Below are positions 1-8,718 of a stretch of 64,000 bases of DNA, one piece after another (positions within the stretch are counted from its first letter, which is position 1; each line of letters begins with the position of its first letter). Origin of the DNA: Planctomycetota bacterium (lineage in GTDB: Bacteria; Planctomycetota; PLA2). The position numbers and the translations under genes are program-made. The notes under the pieces were generated by a model. The model saw only the letters and a program-made list of their open reading frames with translations. It did no database searches and was not told the DNA's origin. Where the stretch lies: NCBI GenBank assembly GCA_021776735.1, contig JAJFFH010000008.1, forward strand, positions 4,490 to 68,489. The letters run 5' to 3'.

Positions 1-2
1 AA

Positions 3-440
3 AAACCCAAGCCCGAAGCCCCCAAGACCGACAAGCCCACAACGGCCGACAAGCCCACAACCGCCAAGCCCGAGACGCCTCCCAAGAAAGACGATCCGAA
101 GCCCCGCGATCCCGACAAGCGCGAGGATGGCAACGAGCCGGATCGCGACGGCGAGCCGAACGATCGGGAACGCGACGAGACGGACCGACCTGAGCGCCCC
201 GACCGGGAAGACGGTGAACGGGCCGACGGGACTGGACCGCGTCCCGACGGGCGGGGAGCGGACGGACGGCGAGGTCATGGACGGGTCGATCCTCGCGGCG
301 ACCGCAAGCGGAAGCTGAAGCGGTTGCGCGCGGAACGTCGCGCCAAGCTGCGACAACGCAACCGCCGGCGCGTGCGTGATCGCGTGCGCCGCGACACCTG
401 GTCCTGGTTCCGCAAGCTGATCGACGGGTTGCGCGGGTAG
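3..440 (+). CDS. 3' end of a low-complexity, highly charged protein (5' end outside window)
   Basis: Frame 3 is open from the window edge to TAG 438-440. It is absent from the ORF track only because it has no start. K/P/D/E/R-rich, ends ...RRVRDRVRRDTWSWFRKLIDGLRG. The stop lies 4 nt before ATG 445 of the next gene. No domain recognised. Confidence 0.4.
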   Translation, partial: KPKPEAPKTDKPTTADKPTTAKPETPPKKDDPKPRDPDKREDGNEPDRDGEPNDRERDETDRPERPDREDGERADGTGPRPDGRGADGRRGHGRVDPRGDRKRKLKRLRAERRAKLRQRNRRRVRDRVRRDTWSWFRKLIDGLRG

Positions 441-444
441 GACG

Positions 445-1921
445 ATGGTGCGACCCGGGCTCATCTCGATCATGGCGATCGCCTTGGCCGGTCCGCTGGC
501 TGCGGCGCCCGAGTCTCCCGCGCCGGGCGTTCCGGTGGCGGCCGTATCACAGCCGCGCCTGCTGGTGAAGAACCTCGACCGGATGCGCGCGCGCGGCGAT
601 CTCGACGCGGCGCTCGTCGCTGCCGAACAGGCACGGCGTACGTATCCGACCGCGTTCGAAATTCACGCGCAGTACCAGGACATTCGTCTCGCGCTCGGCC
701 AGACGGTTCGGGTCCGCGAGGAGTACAGTCGCCGCCGCCGGCGCGAAAAAACGGCCGACAGCATCTGCCTCTACGCGCGGATGCTCAAGGGCTCGGCCGC
801 CATTCGCGAGTTCAAGCAGGCGTTGCGCCTGGAAAAAGACCACTTCTGGGCGCACTACGGGCTCGGCGTGGCGTACCAGCGTTCCGGCGACAACAAGCGC
901 GCCCGATTCCACCTCGAGACCGCGCAACAAAGAAACTTCTCCCACCCCGCACCGAAGATTCGACTCGGCGAGTTGCACGAGAGGTCCGGCGACATCGAGA
1001 CCGCGCTTTCGTCCTACGAAATGGCCGCGGTTGATGCGCCCGACCTGCCCGATCCGGTGTTTCACCAGGTGTTCGTCCTGCTCGAACTCGGCCGCCACAA
1101 CGAGGCGCGCCAAGCCGCGGCCCGGATCGCGCGGATGGAGTCGCCGGACGCAGTCACTCTGGGCGCGATTGCGCACGGCGTCGTTTGCACGGCAGGCGGG
1201 GACCAGGACGCCGCGGTGCGGCATTTTCAGCGCGCCGTGCGCCCGCTCGACCTCGCATGGTGTCCACGCGCTCACGATGCTCGGCGACACGCTGACCGAC
1301 CTGCGCCGCTACGACGAGGCCGCCGAGGCGTACACGCGCTCGCTGGGCCTGCGCGCCGACAACCCGCGCGCGTTGATGGGACTCGGGTACCTGCGGTACC
1401 GCCGCGGACTCCTGAAGGAAGCGGACAAGACCTTCCAAAGGGCCGCGAAGGCCGCCGACGGCGCGTTCGCCGCCGAGGCGAGTTTCTTTCGCGGCGTCGT
1501 CGCGGAGGATCGCGACCAACTCTCCCGCGCGCTGAAGTACTACAAGCGAGCCCGCAAGGCTGACCCGAACTCCACCGACTATCTGCTTGCGCTCGCGGCT
1601 CTCTACGAACGCCTCGACCGCCCGGTGGAAGCCCTGAACGCCTACCGCGCCGCCGCCAAACTCGACGAGACCGACGCCCTCTCGCTCTTCCAATGCGGCC
1701 TGATCGAAGCCGACCGCGAAAACGGCGCAGAAGCACTCAAGCACCTGCAAGCCGCCATCGCCCGCGACAAGAAACTGCTCGACGCCTACCTGACCGCGGG
1801 CACGGTCTGCCAGGACCTGCTACGCAACAAGAAGCAGGCCCTCGCCTGGTACGAACGCTATGTCAGGGAAGGCGGCTTGGACGACCGCGTCTTCGAGTGG
1901 ATCGAAGAACTCCGCAAGTAG
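445..1921 (+). pseudogene. TPR-repeat protein with signal-like N-terminus, interrupted by a frameshift near 1245-1260
   Basis: ORFs 445..1563 and 1031..1921 both carry TPR-like repeats (AHYGLGVAYQRSGDNKRA; ALMGLGYLRYRRGLLKEADKTFQRA). Sensible sequence switches frame at ...AAVRHFQRAVRPLD / SHGVHALTMLGDTL..., after which the first frame turns into Arg/Pro-rich nonsense. Confidence 0.7.
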
Positions 1922-1954
1922 ACCGTTCTCCCAGGAGCCAGGGTCGCGGCGAAA

Positions 1955-1971
1955 GCAAACGGACGGCGATG
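1955..1971 (-). repeat. ATCGCCGTCCGT motif copy (exact core 1959-1970, bottom strand)
   Basis: GCAAACGGACGGCGATG; 34 nt after the TPR gene stop and about 70 nt before ATG 2044. Confidence 0.9.
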
Positions 1972-2029
1972 CACTTGTCCAGTCGCATCGCCAGCGATCG
2001 AAAGTTATTTTTGTGGTCCGGAAATGTGG

Positions 2030-2035
2030 TATTCT
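2030..2035 (+). promoter_or_regulatory. -10-like hexamer TATTCT, 8 nt before ATG 2044 (leaderless-type)
   Basis: TAnnnT hexamer in a GC-rich context at the recurrent 6-9 nt distance from a start codon. Confidence 0.5.
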
Positions 2036-2043
2036 CGGAAGCG

Positions 2044-2238
2044 ATGGCAGAGAAGAAGCGATCGGGTCCGGGTCGTCCTGCCTTGACGGACTCCGACCGC
2101 AGGGACCGCTACTTGAAGATTCGGCTTAGAGACGACGAACTCACGGCGATCCAGACGGCGGCGGACGCGGGTGGCCGGACCGTCAGCCACTGGGGCCGCG
2201 AGGTGCTCCTGCGGGCAGCCAGGAGATCGAAGCTCTAA
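2044..2238 (+). CDS. ribbon-helix-helix (CopG/MobC/antitoxin-like) small DNA-binding protein
   Basis: 64 aa, MAEKKRSGPGRPALTDSDRRDRYLKIRLRDDELTAIQTAADAGGRTVSHWGREVLLRAARRSKL. The beta-strand then two-helix pattern is typical of RHH proteins. Start chosen from the TATTCT hexamer; an in-frame ATG at 1969 is an alternative. Confidence 0.65.
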   Translation: MAEKKRSGPGRPALTDSDRRDRYLKIRLRDDELTAIQTAADAGGRTVSHWGREVLLRAARRSKL

Positions 2239-2632
2239 TGGCTGGACGTAGCTGGTGAAACTCCCGATATCCAAGATCATGTGACTGCGGCGATCGACTA
2301 CATGAAGTTGGTCGCTGGCCCGATTGAGAGTTGTCAAGCAGGTCGACCGGTCGAAAGAGCTGGATTCGATCGTGTCAATGGTTCGGAACTCCCGGAGGTT
2401 ACCGGCAAGCCTCGCGGACGATCGCGTCTGTCAGAGCGCCGCCGACCTCATCATCTTCCTTGACTCTCTTTCCGTAAAGCGTGCGATCACCACGAACTCC
2501 CGTGAATGGGCTGCATTCGATGGAATCGCCGGTGTGCGTGTCATCACGTTCCGCAAGAACCCGCAACATTCGAATCCGGCCCCGTTCGAGGGCTGCAAGG
2601 ACGGGTAGTACTTCGCTTCCCCAGCGTCGCAT

Positions 2633-4135
2633 CTAACGTGGGACCCGGAGTTCCAGGATGCCCTCGTGGTCTGGCGTGACGCGCACGGTCTGGCGTGCGC
2701 CTACCGCGATGGGTTCGGGGCCGAGGTTCGGCAGGACCAGCGTGCCGTCGGCGCCGGTCAGGATCGGTACGTACTGCACGCCGTCGCGCAATAGCGCGTA
2801 CGGCATCTTCGTCGTCTCGTGTGTCACGGTTACCCGCAGGAACGGCAGGGGCTGGTCGTTTTCGTCGTCGCGGACGCGCAACTGTAGCGTCCACCCGGCC
2901 GGCTCGGTGAGTACCACCTCGCTTGTCTTGCCTGCGGTGACGGTCACTCGTGCGCGTGTGGGGACAAAGCCTGCGGCACCTGCATAGATCTCGTAGGTTC
3001 CGGGCTCCATCTTGCTCACGGTCGCAATGCCGCGCGCGTCGGTGTGGGCGAGTCCGGCGAACTCCCTTCCGGCTACCTGCACCCGCACACCGCGCGCGGG
3101 TGCGCCGTTGCTGCGCCGTACGGATGCGCGGATGGCGCCCGCGTTCTTGATGTCCGGACGATACCGGACCGTGATCGAGTTCTTCGGTGGCATCGTGAAG
3201 GGTTGTTCCGTTGCGTCTTCCTCCGGGTCGAGAAGCATCATGGCCGCCAGCGTCGTGATGCGGTGGTAGGCGATGTAGTGCTGCTTGTCCTTTCGCACGA
3301 CGACATACGCTTCCGTACCGGGAAGAAACGGCACGCCACGCACGCGCACAACGCCACGCCGGGCGCCCGTTTCGATTTCGTGCGCCAGCTTGTCGGGACC
3401 GCGCATCATTCCGATCTCGTGCAACGCGTAGCCGTGCGGCAGCTCGATGCGCCAGTCGAGTTCGCGGTACAGCGGTATCGTGGCGGTGACACGCCGCGCC
3501 TGCGACCCGATGAACTCGTCGAGCCGGTAGCGCAACCCGTCGCGTGTCGTCCAACCGGGCGTCTTGATGTGCACGGTCACCCGGTCATGTCCGCCGCGCC
3601 CGAAGGGAGAGTTCATGATCACGCCCTTCTCGGGCGCGAGGTCGCCGCCCAGTGTTCCGACGACCAGCTCGATGCCGTCGAGCCTCTTCCCGGTCACGCC
3701 ATCGACCGTGCGCAGCTCGAGCGGCAGCAACTTCGGAAACCGAATCACCGTCCGCGGCGCGGTGAGGATGCGTCCGTGCGGCTCGAACGGGCACGCCATC
3801 AGTCGCTGCCTGGCCTTCGCCGGCCCCGGCAACACGGCGCGGCCGGCGGCGTCGGTGGTGTAGTCCTTTTTCTCGGGATACCCGCGCACGGGAATCCCCT
3901 TGAGCGGTCGGTCCGCGGGCCCGAGCAGGATGACCTCCCAGCGCCTGGCAACGTCGGTTTTTTGGTTGGAAAGATCTTTCGGAGCGGCAGGAACGGACGG
4001 CGATGTCTTGGAAGAGGTCCCCTGCCCCCGTGCCCCCTCACCCCTCGAAGCGATGTGTTCGCTCCCTCCCCGCGACACGGCCCATAGTCCGAATCCGACC
4101 ACGAGCACAACGATAAGCACGATTGCGGCGCGCAT
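2633..4135 (-). CDS. membrane-anchored protein with carboxypeptidase-regulatory-like (CarboxypepD_reg) domain
   Basis: N-terminal TM MRAAIVLIVVLVVGFGLWAV. Segment GVRVQVAGREFAGLAHTDARGIATVSKMEPGTYEIYAGAAGFVPTRARVTVTAGKTSEV matches the carboxypeptidase regulatory-like fold signature. 500 aa ORF with coherent composition. Confidence 0.8.
   Translation of the reverse strand: MRAAIVLIVVLVVGFGLWAVSRGGSEHIASRGEGARGQGTSSKTSPSVPAAPKDLSNQKTDVARRWEVILLGPADRPLKGIPVRGYPEKKDYTTDAAGRAVLPGPAKARQRLMACPFEPHGRILTAPRTVIRFPKLLPLELRTVDGVTGKRLDGIELVVGTLGGDLAPEKGVIMNSPFGRGGHDRVTVHIKTPGWTTRDGLRYRLDEFIGSQARRVTATIPLYRELDWRIELPHGYALHEIGMMRGPDKLAHEIETGARRGVVRVRGVPFLPGTEAYVVVRKDKQHYIAYHRITTLAAMMLLDPEEDATEQPFTMPPKNSITVRYRPDIKNAGAIRASVRRSNGAPARGVRVQVAGREFAGLAHTDARGIATVSKMEPGTYEIYAGAAGFVPTRARVTVTAGKTSEVVLTEPAGWTLQLRVRDDENDQPLPFLRVTVTHETTKMPYALLRDGVQYVPILTGADGTLVLPNLGPEPIAVGARQTVRVTPDHEGILELRVPR
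3990..4007 (-). repeat. ATCGCCGTCCGT motif copy (exact core 3993-4004, bottom strand) inside CDS
   Basis: GGAACGGACGGCGATGTC. Sense orientation for gene 2633..4135, encoding ...KTSPSVP... in the low-complexity linker after the TM helix. Flanks resemble the copy at 52338. Confidence 0.9.
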
Positions 4136-4141
4136 TCCAAG

Positions 4142-4147
4142 AGCTTA
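4142..4147 (-). promoter_or_regulatory. -10-like hexamer TAAGCT, 6 nt before ATG 4135
   Basis: Bottom strand reads TAAGCT-cttgga-ATG. Confidence 0.45.
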
Positions 4148-4169
4148 GGCGTTCCCGGAAGATGGAGGC

Positions 4170-4601
4170 ATGAAAACGTCGTCCCGACCCGAGCTGCGCG
4201 GTCCGGTGCATGCCTTTTGGGAGCGGTTGCGCTCTTCGCCCGCGACGATTCCGATGCGGGATCTTGCGGCACTGTTCGGGGCCGGGGACGAGTTGCTGAA
4301 GCGTGTTCGGATGCGGGGTGACCTCATCCTGCGCGAGAACCGGTTTGTGAACGATGGGCCGGAGCTTGTCGTGCCGGCGGGCAAGGTCGAGCTCGAGATT
4401 CCGTCGATTCTGTCCGGAACCTGGCGTGCGGACGAGTCCGGCTTTGCGCTGGTGTTTTCGAAAGACGAGTTCACGTTGCGGGCGTGCGCGGTCATCGCCG
4501 TCTTTCGCAAGTGCTTCGATCTGAAGGAGTTGCGCGCGACGGCGACCGACCTGGTGCTCGACTTTGGCGGCAGTATGGCCGATAGACGCTATACGTTTTG
4601 A
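4170..4601 (+). CDS. hypothetical protein (143 aa)
   Basis: GGAGG 2 nt upstream of ATG 4170 (unusually close for a Shine-Dalgarno); balanced amino-acid composition, unlike the overlapping antisense ORFs. No domain recognised. Confidence 0.55.
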   Translation: MKTSSRPELRGPVHAFWERLRSSPATIPMRDLAALFGAGDELLKRVRMRGDLILRENRFVNDGPELVVPAGKVELEIPSILSGTWRADESGFALVFSKDEFTLRACAVIAVFRKCFDLKELRATATDLVLDFGGSMADRRYTF

Positions 4602-4637
4602 GGCGTGCCGAGGGGTTTCGAACCTTCCGCCTCTGCT

Positions 4638-4643
4638 TAAATT
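4638..4643 (+). promoter_or_regulatory. -10-like hexamer TAAATT, 8 nt before ATG 4652
   Basis: TAnnnT hexamer at leaderless-type spacing. Confidence 0.5.
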
Positions 4644-4651
4644 GGTGAACG

Positions 4652-6778
4652 ATGGGCAAGACGCGTACAAAGCCGAAATTCGACCATGCCGGGCTTTCCC
4701 GGGACGATCTGCTGCACCTGTTTCGCGTGATGTATGCGTCGCGCCGGACCGACGACAAAGAAATCGTCCTCAAGCGGCAGAACAAGGCGTTTTTCCAGAT
4801 CAACGGCTGCGGCCACGAGGCGATCTGCGCCGCCGCGGGATTCGCCGCGCGTCCCGGCTACGACTGGTTTTATACGTACTACCGCGACCGGGCGCTGGCG
4901 CTCGCCGTCGGCATGACGCCGTACGAGCAGCTCTTGCAGGCCGTCGGCTCGGTGGACGATCCTTCGTCCGCGGGTCGCCAGATGCCGTCCCATTGGGGCA
5001 AGCGCGAGTGCCGTCTTGCGTCCGCCTCGTCGCCGATCGCGACGCAGTACCTGAACGCGGTCGGGTGCGCCGAGGCCATCGCGAAGGCGCGCGATTTCAA
5101 AGACGTGCGTGATGCCCTGGAAGGTGATTTCTATCCCGACGAGGTGGTGCTTTGCACCGGCGGCGACGGGTCCACGAGCGAGGGCGAGTTCTGGGAGGCG
5201 TTGTCTTCGGCCTGCGTTCTCAAGCTTCCGGTCGTGTTCATCATCGAGGACAACGGCTACGCCATTTCGGTTCCGCGCGAGGTCCAGACTCCGCAGGACT
5301 CGATCAGCAGGGCCGTCGCCGGTTTTCGGCCGCTGCTGATGTTGGAAGGCGACGGTCTTGATCCCGTCGATTCGTATCGAATGATGCGCGAAGCGATCGA
5401 CCATGCGCGCGCGGGCAACGGTCCCGCGTTGGTCCACGCCCACTGCATCCGGCCGTACTCCCACTCGATGTCCGACGACCAGTCGCTCTATCGCACCAAG
5501 GACGACATCGCCGCGGAGTGGGAAAAAGACCCGATCGTTACGTTTCCAGCGCGGCTGATCGCCGAGGCCGTGGCGACGAAGGAGCAGATCGAGGCGCTCA
5601 AGGCCGAGGTCGATGCCGAGATCGAAGACGCTGCCGAGCGCGCGCTGCGGGCGCCGCTGCCGGAGAAGACGGCCGAGGCGGCCGAGCAGTGGGTCTTTTC
5701 GGAAGATATCGATCCGACGTCGGCGGATTTCGATACCGAGCCCGACCTCGAGGGCGATCCGCGCACCCTGATTGATCTGGTCAACCAGACGCTCGACCAC
5801 GAGATGGAGCGCGACGGCCGCGTCCTCGTGTTCGGCCAGGACGTCGCGGACGTGTCGCGCGAGAACCTCCTTGGCGAGGTCAAGGGCAAGGGCGGCGTCT
5901 TCAAGTCGACGCACGGGCTCCAGCGCAAGCACGGAAGCCATCGCTGCTACAACTCGCCGCTGGCGGAAGCCAACATCATGGGCCGCACCGTCGGGCTCGC
6001 GACGCGCGGCCTGAAGCCGGTGAGCGAGATCCAGTTCATCGACTACATCTGGCCCGCGTTCGAACAGATCCGAAACGAGTGGGCGGTCCTGCGCTGGCGC
6101 TCCGGCAACACCTGGAGCTGCGGCAGCGTCGTGCGCACGACGATCGGCGGCTATATTCGCGGCGCGCTCTGCCACAGCCAGTCCGCCGAATCGCTGTTCA
6201 CCCATATTCCCGGAATTCGCGTCGTGTTCCCGAGCAACGCGCTCGACGCCTGCGGCCTGCTGCGGACAGCGATTCGCTGCGACGACCCCGTGCTGTTTCT
6301 GGAACACAAGCACCTCTATCGCCAGACGTACAACCGTTCGCCCTACCCGGGCCGCGAGTTCATGATCCCGTTCGGGAAGGCGAAGACCGTTCGCGAAGGC
6401 GCCGACGTGGCCATCGTGACCTACGGCGCGCTTGTCGAACGCAGCCTGCGCGCGGCAAAAAAACTCGCGGAGGAGGACGGGATCGAGGCCGAGGTTCTCG
6501 ACTTGCGCACGATCCAGCCGTACGACTTCGAGGCGATCGCCGCGGCGGTCGAAAAAACGAACCGCGTCGTCGTCGCGTACGAGGACAACCGCTCGTGGGG
6601 CTGGGGCGCCGAGATCGCCGCACGCATCGCGGACGAACTCTTCTCGCACCTGGACGCGCCGGTGAAGCGCGTGGGTGCGCTCGACACCTTCGTGGCCTAC
6701 AGCCCCGATCTCGAGGACGTGATCCTGCCGCAGTCCGAAGACATCGCGGACGCCTGCCGCGCCGCCGCGCGGTTTTAG
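4652..6778 (+). CDS. 2-oxoacid (branched-chain/pyruvate-type) dehydrogenase E1 component, fused alpha and beta subunits
   Basis: 708 aa. The N-terminal half has the TPP-binding E1-alpha pattern ([27 protein letters not shown]). The C-terminal half has the E1-beta/transketolase-like pattern ([52 protein letters not shown]). Confidence 0.9.
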   Translation: MGKTRTKPKFDHAGLSRDDLLHLFRVMYASRRTDDKEIVLKRQNKAFFQINGCGHEAICAAAGFAARPGYDWFYTYYRDRALALAVGMTPYEQLLQAVGSVDDPSSAGRQMPSHWGKRECRLASASSPIATQYLNAVGCAEAIAKARDFKDVRDALEGDFYPDEVVLCTGGDGSTSEGEFWEALSSACVLKLPVVFIIEDNGYAISVPREVQTPQDSISRAVAGFRPLLMLEGDGLDPVDSYRMMREAIDHARAGNGPALVHAHCIRPYSHSMSDDQSLYRTKDDIAAEWEKDPIVTFPARLIAEAVATKEQIEALKAEVDAEIEDAAERALRAPLPEKTAEAAEQWVFSEDIDPTSADFDTEPDLEGDPRTLIDLVNQTLDHEMERDGRVLVFGQDVADVSRENLLGEVKGKGGVFKSTHGLQRKHGSHRCYNSPLAEANIMGRTVGLATRGLKPVSEIQFIDYIWPAFEQIRNEWAVLRWRSGNTWSCGSVVRTTIGGYIRGALCHSQSAESLFTHIPGIRVVFPSNALDACGLLRTAIRCDDPVLFLEHKHLYRQTYNRSPYPGREFMIPFGKAKTVREGADVAIVTYGALVERSLRAAKKLAEEDGIEAEVLDLRTIQPYDFEAIAAAVEKTNRVVVAYEDNRSWGWGAEIAARIADELFSHLDAPVKRVGALDTFVAYSPDLEDVILPQSEDIADACRAAARF

Positions 6779-7073
6779 GCTCTGTTTGAAAAGTCGGCGC
6801 AAGGCCCGAGGGCGAGCGACGACAAGGCAGGCAAGGCACCGCCGCGCCGCAGGGCGCTATGGCGTCCCGAACGCGGGAGGGCTGACGAAGTCGTGCCAAC
6901 GGAGAGGCACCCTTCATCGAGGAAGCGCGACGCAGCCCTCCGCTCGCCTCCAACATCGTCAGATGTTGAGGCAAACAACACTGCCGCGTAGCGAAGCCGG
7001 GTCGTGAGCCGAAGGCGAGCGACCTGGCGCAGCCGCAGCCGGCCGAAGCCAGGCGACTTCCAAACAGAGCCTA
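6776..7073 (+). mobile_element. MITE-like non-autonomous element, copy 1 (298 bp)
   Basis: Terminal inverted repeats TAGGCTCTGTTTGAAAAGTCG ... CGACTTCCAAACAGAGCCTA. The interior aligns, in inverse orientation and with indels, with 61230..61441. No credible ORF. Its first three bases are the TAG stop of the E1 gene. Confidence 0.75.
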
Positions 7074-7097
7074 GGCCGAGCGGGCGGGTTCGCGGGC

Positions 7098-7116
7098 GAC
7101 ATCGCCGTCCGTTTGC
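7098..7116 (+). repeat. ATCGCCGTCCGT motif copy (exact core 7101-7112, top strand)
   Basis: GACATCGCCGTCCGTTTGC; 24 nt right of MITE copy 1 and 79 nt upstream of ATG 7196. Confidence 0.9.
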
Positions 7117-7183
7117 TGTCCCTCAGGCTGCGGTCCCTCAGGGGGTGTTGCCGTGAGCTTGACCGCGAGGGGCGGCGGGCCGC

Positions 7184-7189
7184 TACAAT
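7184..7189 (+). promoter_or_regulatory. -10-like hexamer TACAAT, 6 nt before ATG 7196; possible -35 TTGACC at 7159-7164
   Basis: TTGACC-19 nt-TACAAT-6 nt-ATG. The spacer is slightly long for a sigma-70 promoter. Confidence 0.5.
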
Positions 7190-7195
7190 GGCGGG

Positions 7196-8629
7196 ATGCT
7201 CTCGGTGCTGCTGGTCCTGCTTCCGCTTCTCGTCCTTGCGCCCGACGACCCGAAAGACCCCAAGAAAGCGCAAGGACCCAAGAAGGCCGAGAAGGCCGAG
7301 AAGCCCAAGGAACTGTCCGAAGCGGGCAAGCTCCTGCGCACGGCGTGGGCGTCGCAGTACGAGTGGACGGAGGACGAGGTCGAGAGTGTTGCGCTTTCGT
7401 TTACCTACTCCAGTCGCTGGCGTGGGAGGGACGAAGCCAAGAGCGCTTGGAAGGGTCGCGGGGAGTTGCTGATCGTCGGGGGCAAGCTCCTCCGCGTGCA
7501 TATGCCTGGAAGTCAGGAATGGCAGCGAAAAACGATCACGGGCGAGCTTCATTGGGTGCTTGCGCGGTTCATGCGCAAGCCATTCGCGGAGGTGTTCAAG
7601 GGCCAGAAGTTCAAGGGACCGGAAAAGCTGGCCCGCGACATCTTGCGCGTGACGGCTGGTCGGCGCGTTTTCTTGCTGAAGGACGACCGCATCGTCGGAT
7701 CGGAGCAGTGGCGTGGTCCTCCCAAAAAGCCTCAGCGCGTGCGCATCGACTACTCCCCCGGACCGCTCGGCGGCGGGTACGGGATCCTCGGCACGGCGGA
7801 GTCGTACACCATCGACTCCAAGAAGACCCGCGCCACCCGGACGCTGACGATCCGGGAAGGCGAGCGCGCGCCCGCGCCCCTGAAGTACGTGTCCAGCACC
7901 AGTAGCTTTGGCGGCGAATCGACAACCACGATCGAGTTCGAGGCGCCCGAGTTCGATCAAAAAGACGCCGTCCTGCTCGACCCCTCCGCGCGCGACATCT
8001 TGAAGGCTGCGTGGGAGGCGCGGTTCACGTTGGCCGCCGACCTCCGCCTCGAAGGCAGGTTCGAGCGCGAATCGGGCAAGGGCACGCGGTTGCGCCGCAA
8101 GGTCGAGGGCGAGTTCCAGGTCTGGGGCATGGACAAGATCGACGCGGTCCTCGACGAGCGCGGACAAAAACTGGGCAACGCCGAGCAGGTTCGCGAGACG
8201 TGCCGCGCACATCTGATCGGGGGGTTTGACGTCGTGCGCGCGATTGCGTTCGACAAGGAGTTCGAGAACTGCGGGTTCCGGCTCGAGGACGGCGTGAAGG
8301 AGCAGGTCGTCACCTTGATCGGCCATCCGTCCCGCCTCGCGTTCCGGCTCAAGGACACGGCGATCGTGGGCCACACCGTCATCGAGCGGCCCGAGACTTG
8401 GTTTCGGTACAAGATCAAGCGCGGACGGGACGGTTTCATTCGCATTCGCCGCATCGATGTCGAGATCGACGACAACAAGCACCGCCTCGACTTTCGCTAC
8501 GGCAAGTCACGCAGTGTGGAAGTTCCCAAGCAACTCGGCATCTTCCTGCCGCCGAACTCGGGCGGTGTGGGCCCCGCCGGTGGCGTGGTGCACTACAAGC
8601 TGACCCGCCTAAAGATCACGAAGCAGTAG
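7196..8629 (+). CDS. secreted hypothetical protein (477 aa)
   Basis: Signal-like MLSVLLVLLPLLVLAP followed by a K/P/E-rich spacer. Long ORF with ordinary composition. No domain recognised. Confidence 0.7.
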   Translation: MLSVLLVLLPLLVLAPDDPKDPKKAQGPKKAEKAEKPKELSEAGKLLRTAWASQYEWTEDEVESVALSFTYSSRWRGRDEAKSAWKGRGELLIVGGKLLRVHMPGSQEWQRKTITGELHWVLARFMRKPFAEVFKGQKFKGPEKLARDILRVTAGRRVFLLKDDRIVGSEQWRGPPKKPQRVRIDYSPGPLGGGYGILGTAESYTIDSKKTRATRTLTIREGERAPAPLKYVSSTSSFGGESTTTIEFEAPEFDQKDAVLLDPSARDILKAAWEARFTLAADLRLEGRFERESGKGTRLRRKVEGEFQVWGMDKIDAVLDERGQKLGNAEQVRETCRAHLIGGFDVVRAIAFDKEFENCGFRLEDGVKEQVVTLIGHPSRLAFRLKDTAIVGHTVIERPETWFRYKIKRGRDGFIRIRRIDVEIDDNKHRLDFRYGKSRSVEVPKQLGIFLPPNSGGVGPAGGVVHYKLTRLKITKQ

Positions 8630-8718
8630 TTTCGGGAGTCCGGCGCAAATCCGGACACAGCAAGGGCCTGCCGCGCCGTGGCCCTGACGGGCGAAGGCGG
8701 GACGGCGATGCCTTCGAT

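Noticed and set aside
4637-6802. Long antisense and overlapping ORFs: for example 4637..6802 (-), 6959..8482 (-), 8398..10665 (+), 29766..31253 (-), 33832..35793 (-), 39930..42176 (-), and the upstream two-thirds of 42285..45224 (-).
   Set aside because: These are shadow ORFs, expected in GC-rich DNA. Their translations are Arg/Pro/Ala/Gly-rich with no recognisable motif, and each overlaps an opposite- or other-frame ORF that has clear domain signatures.
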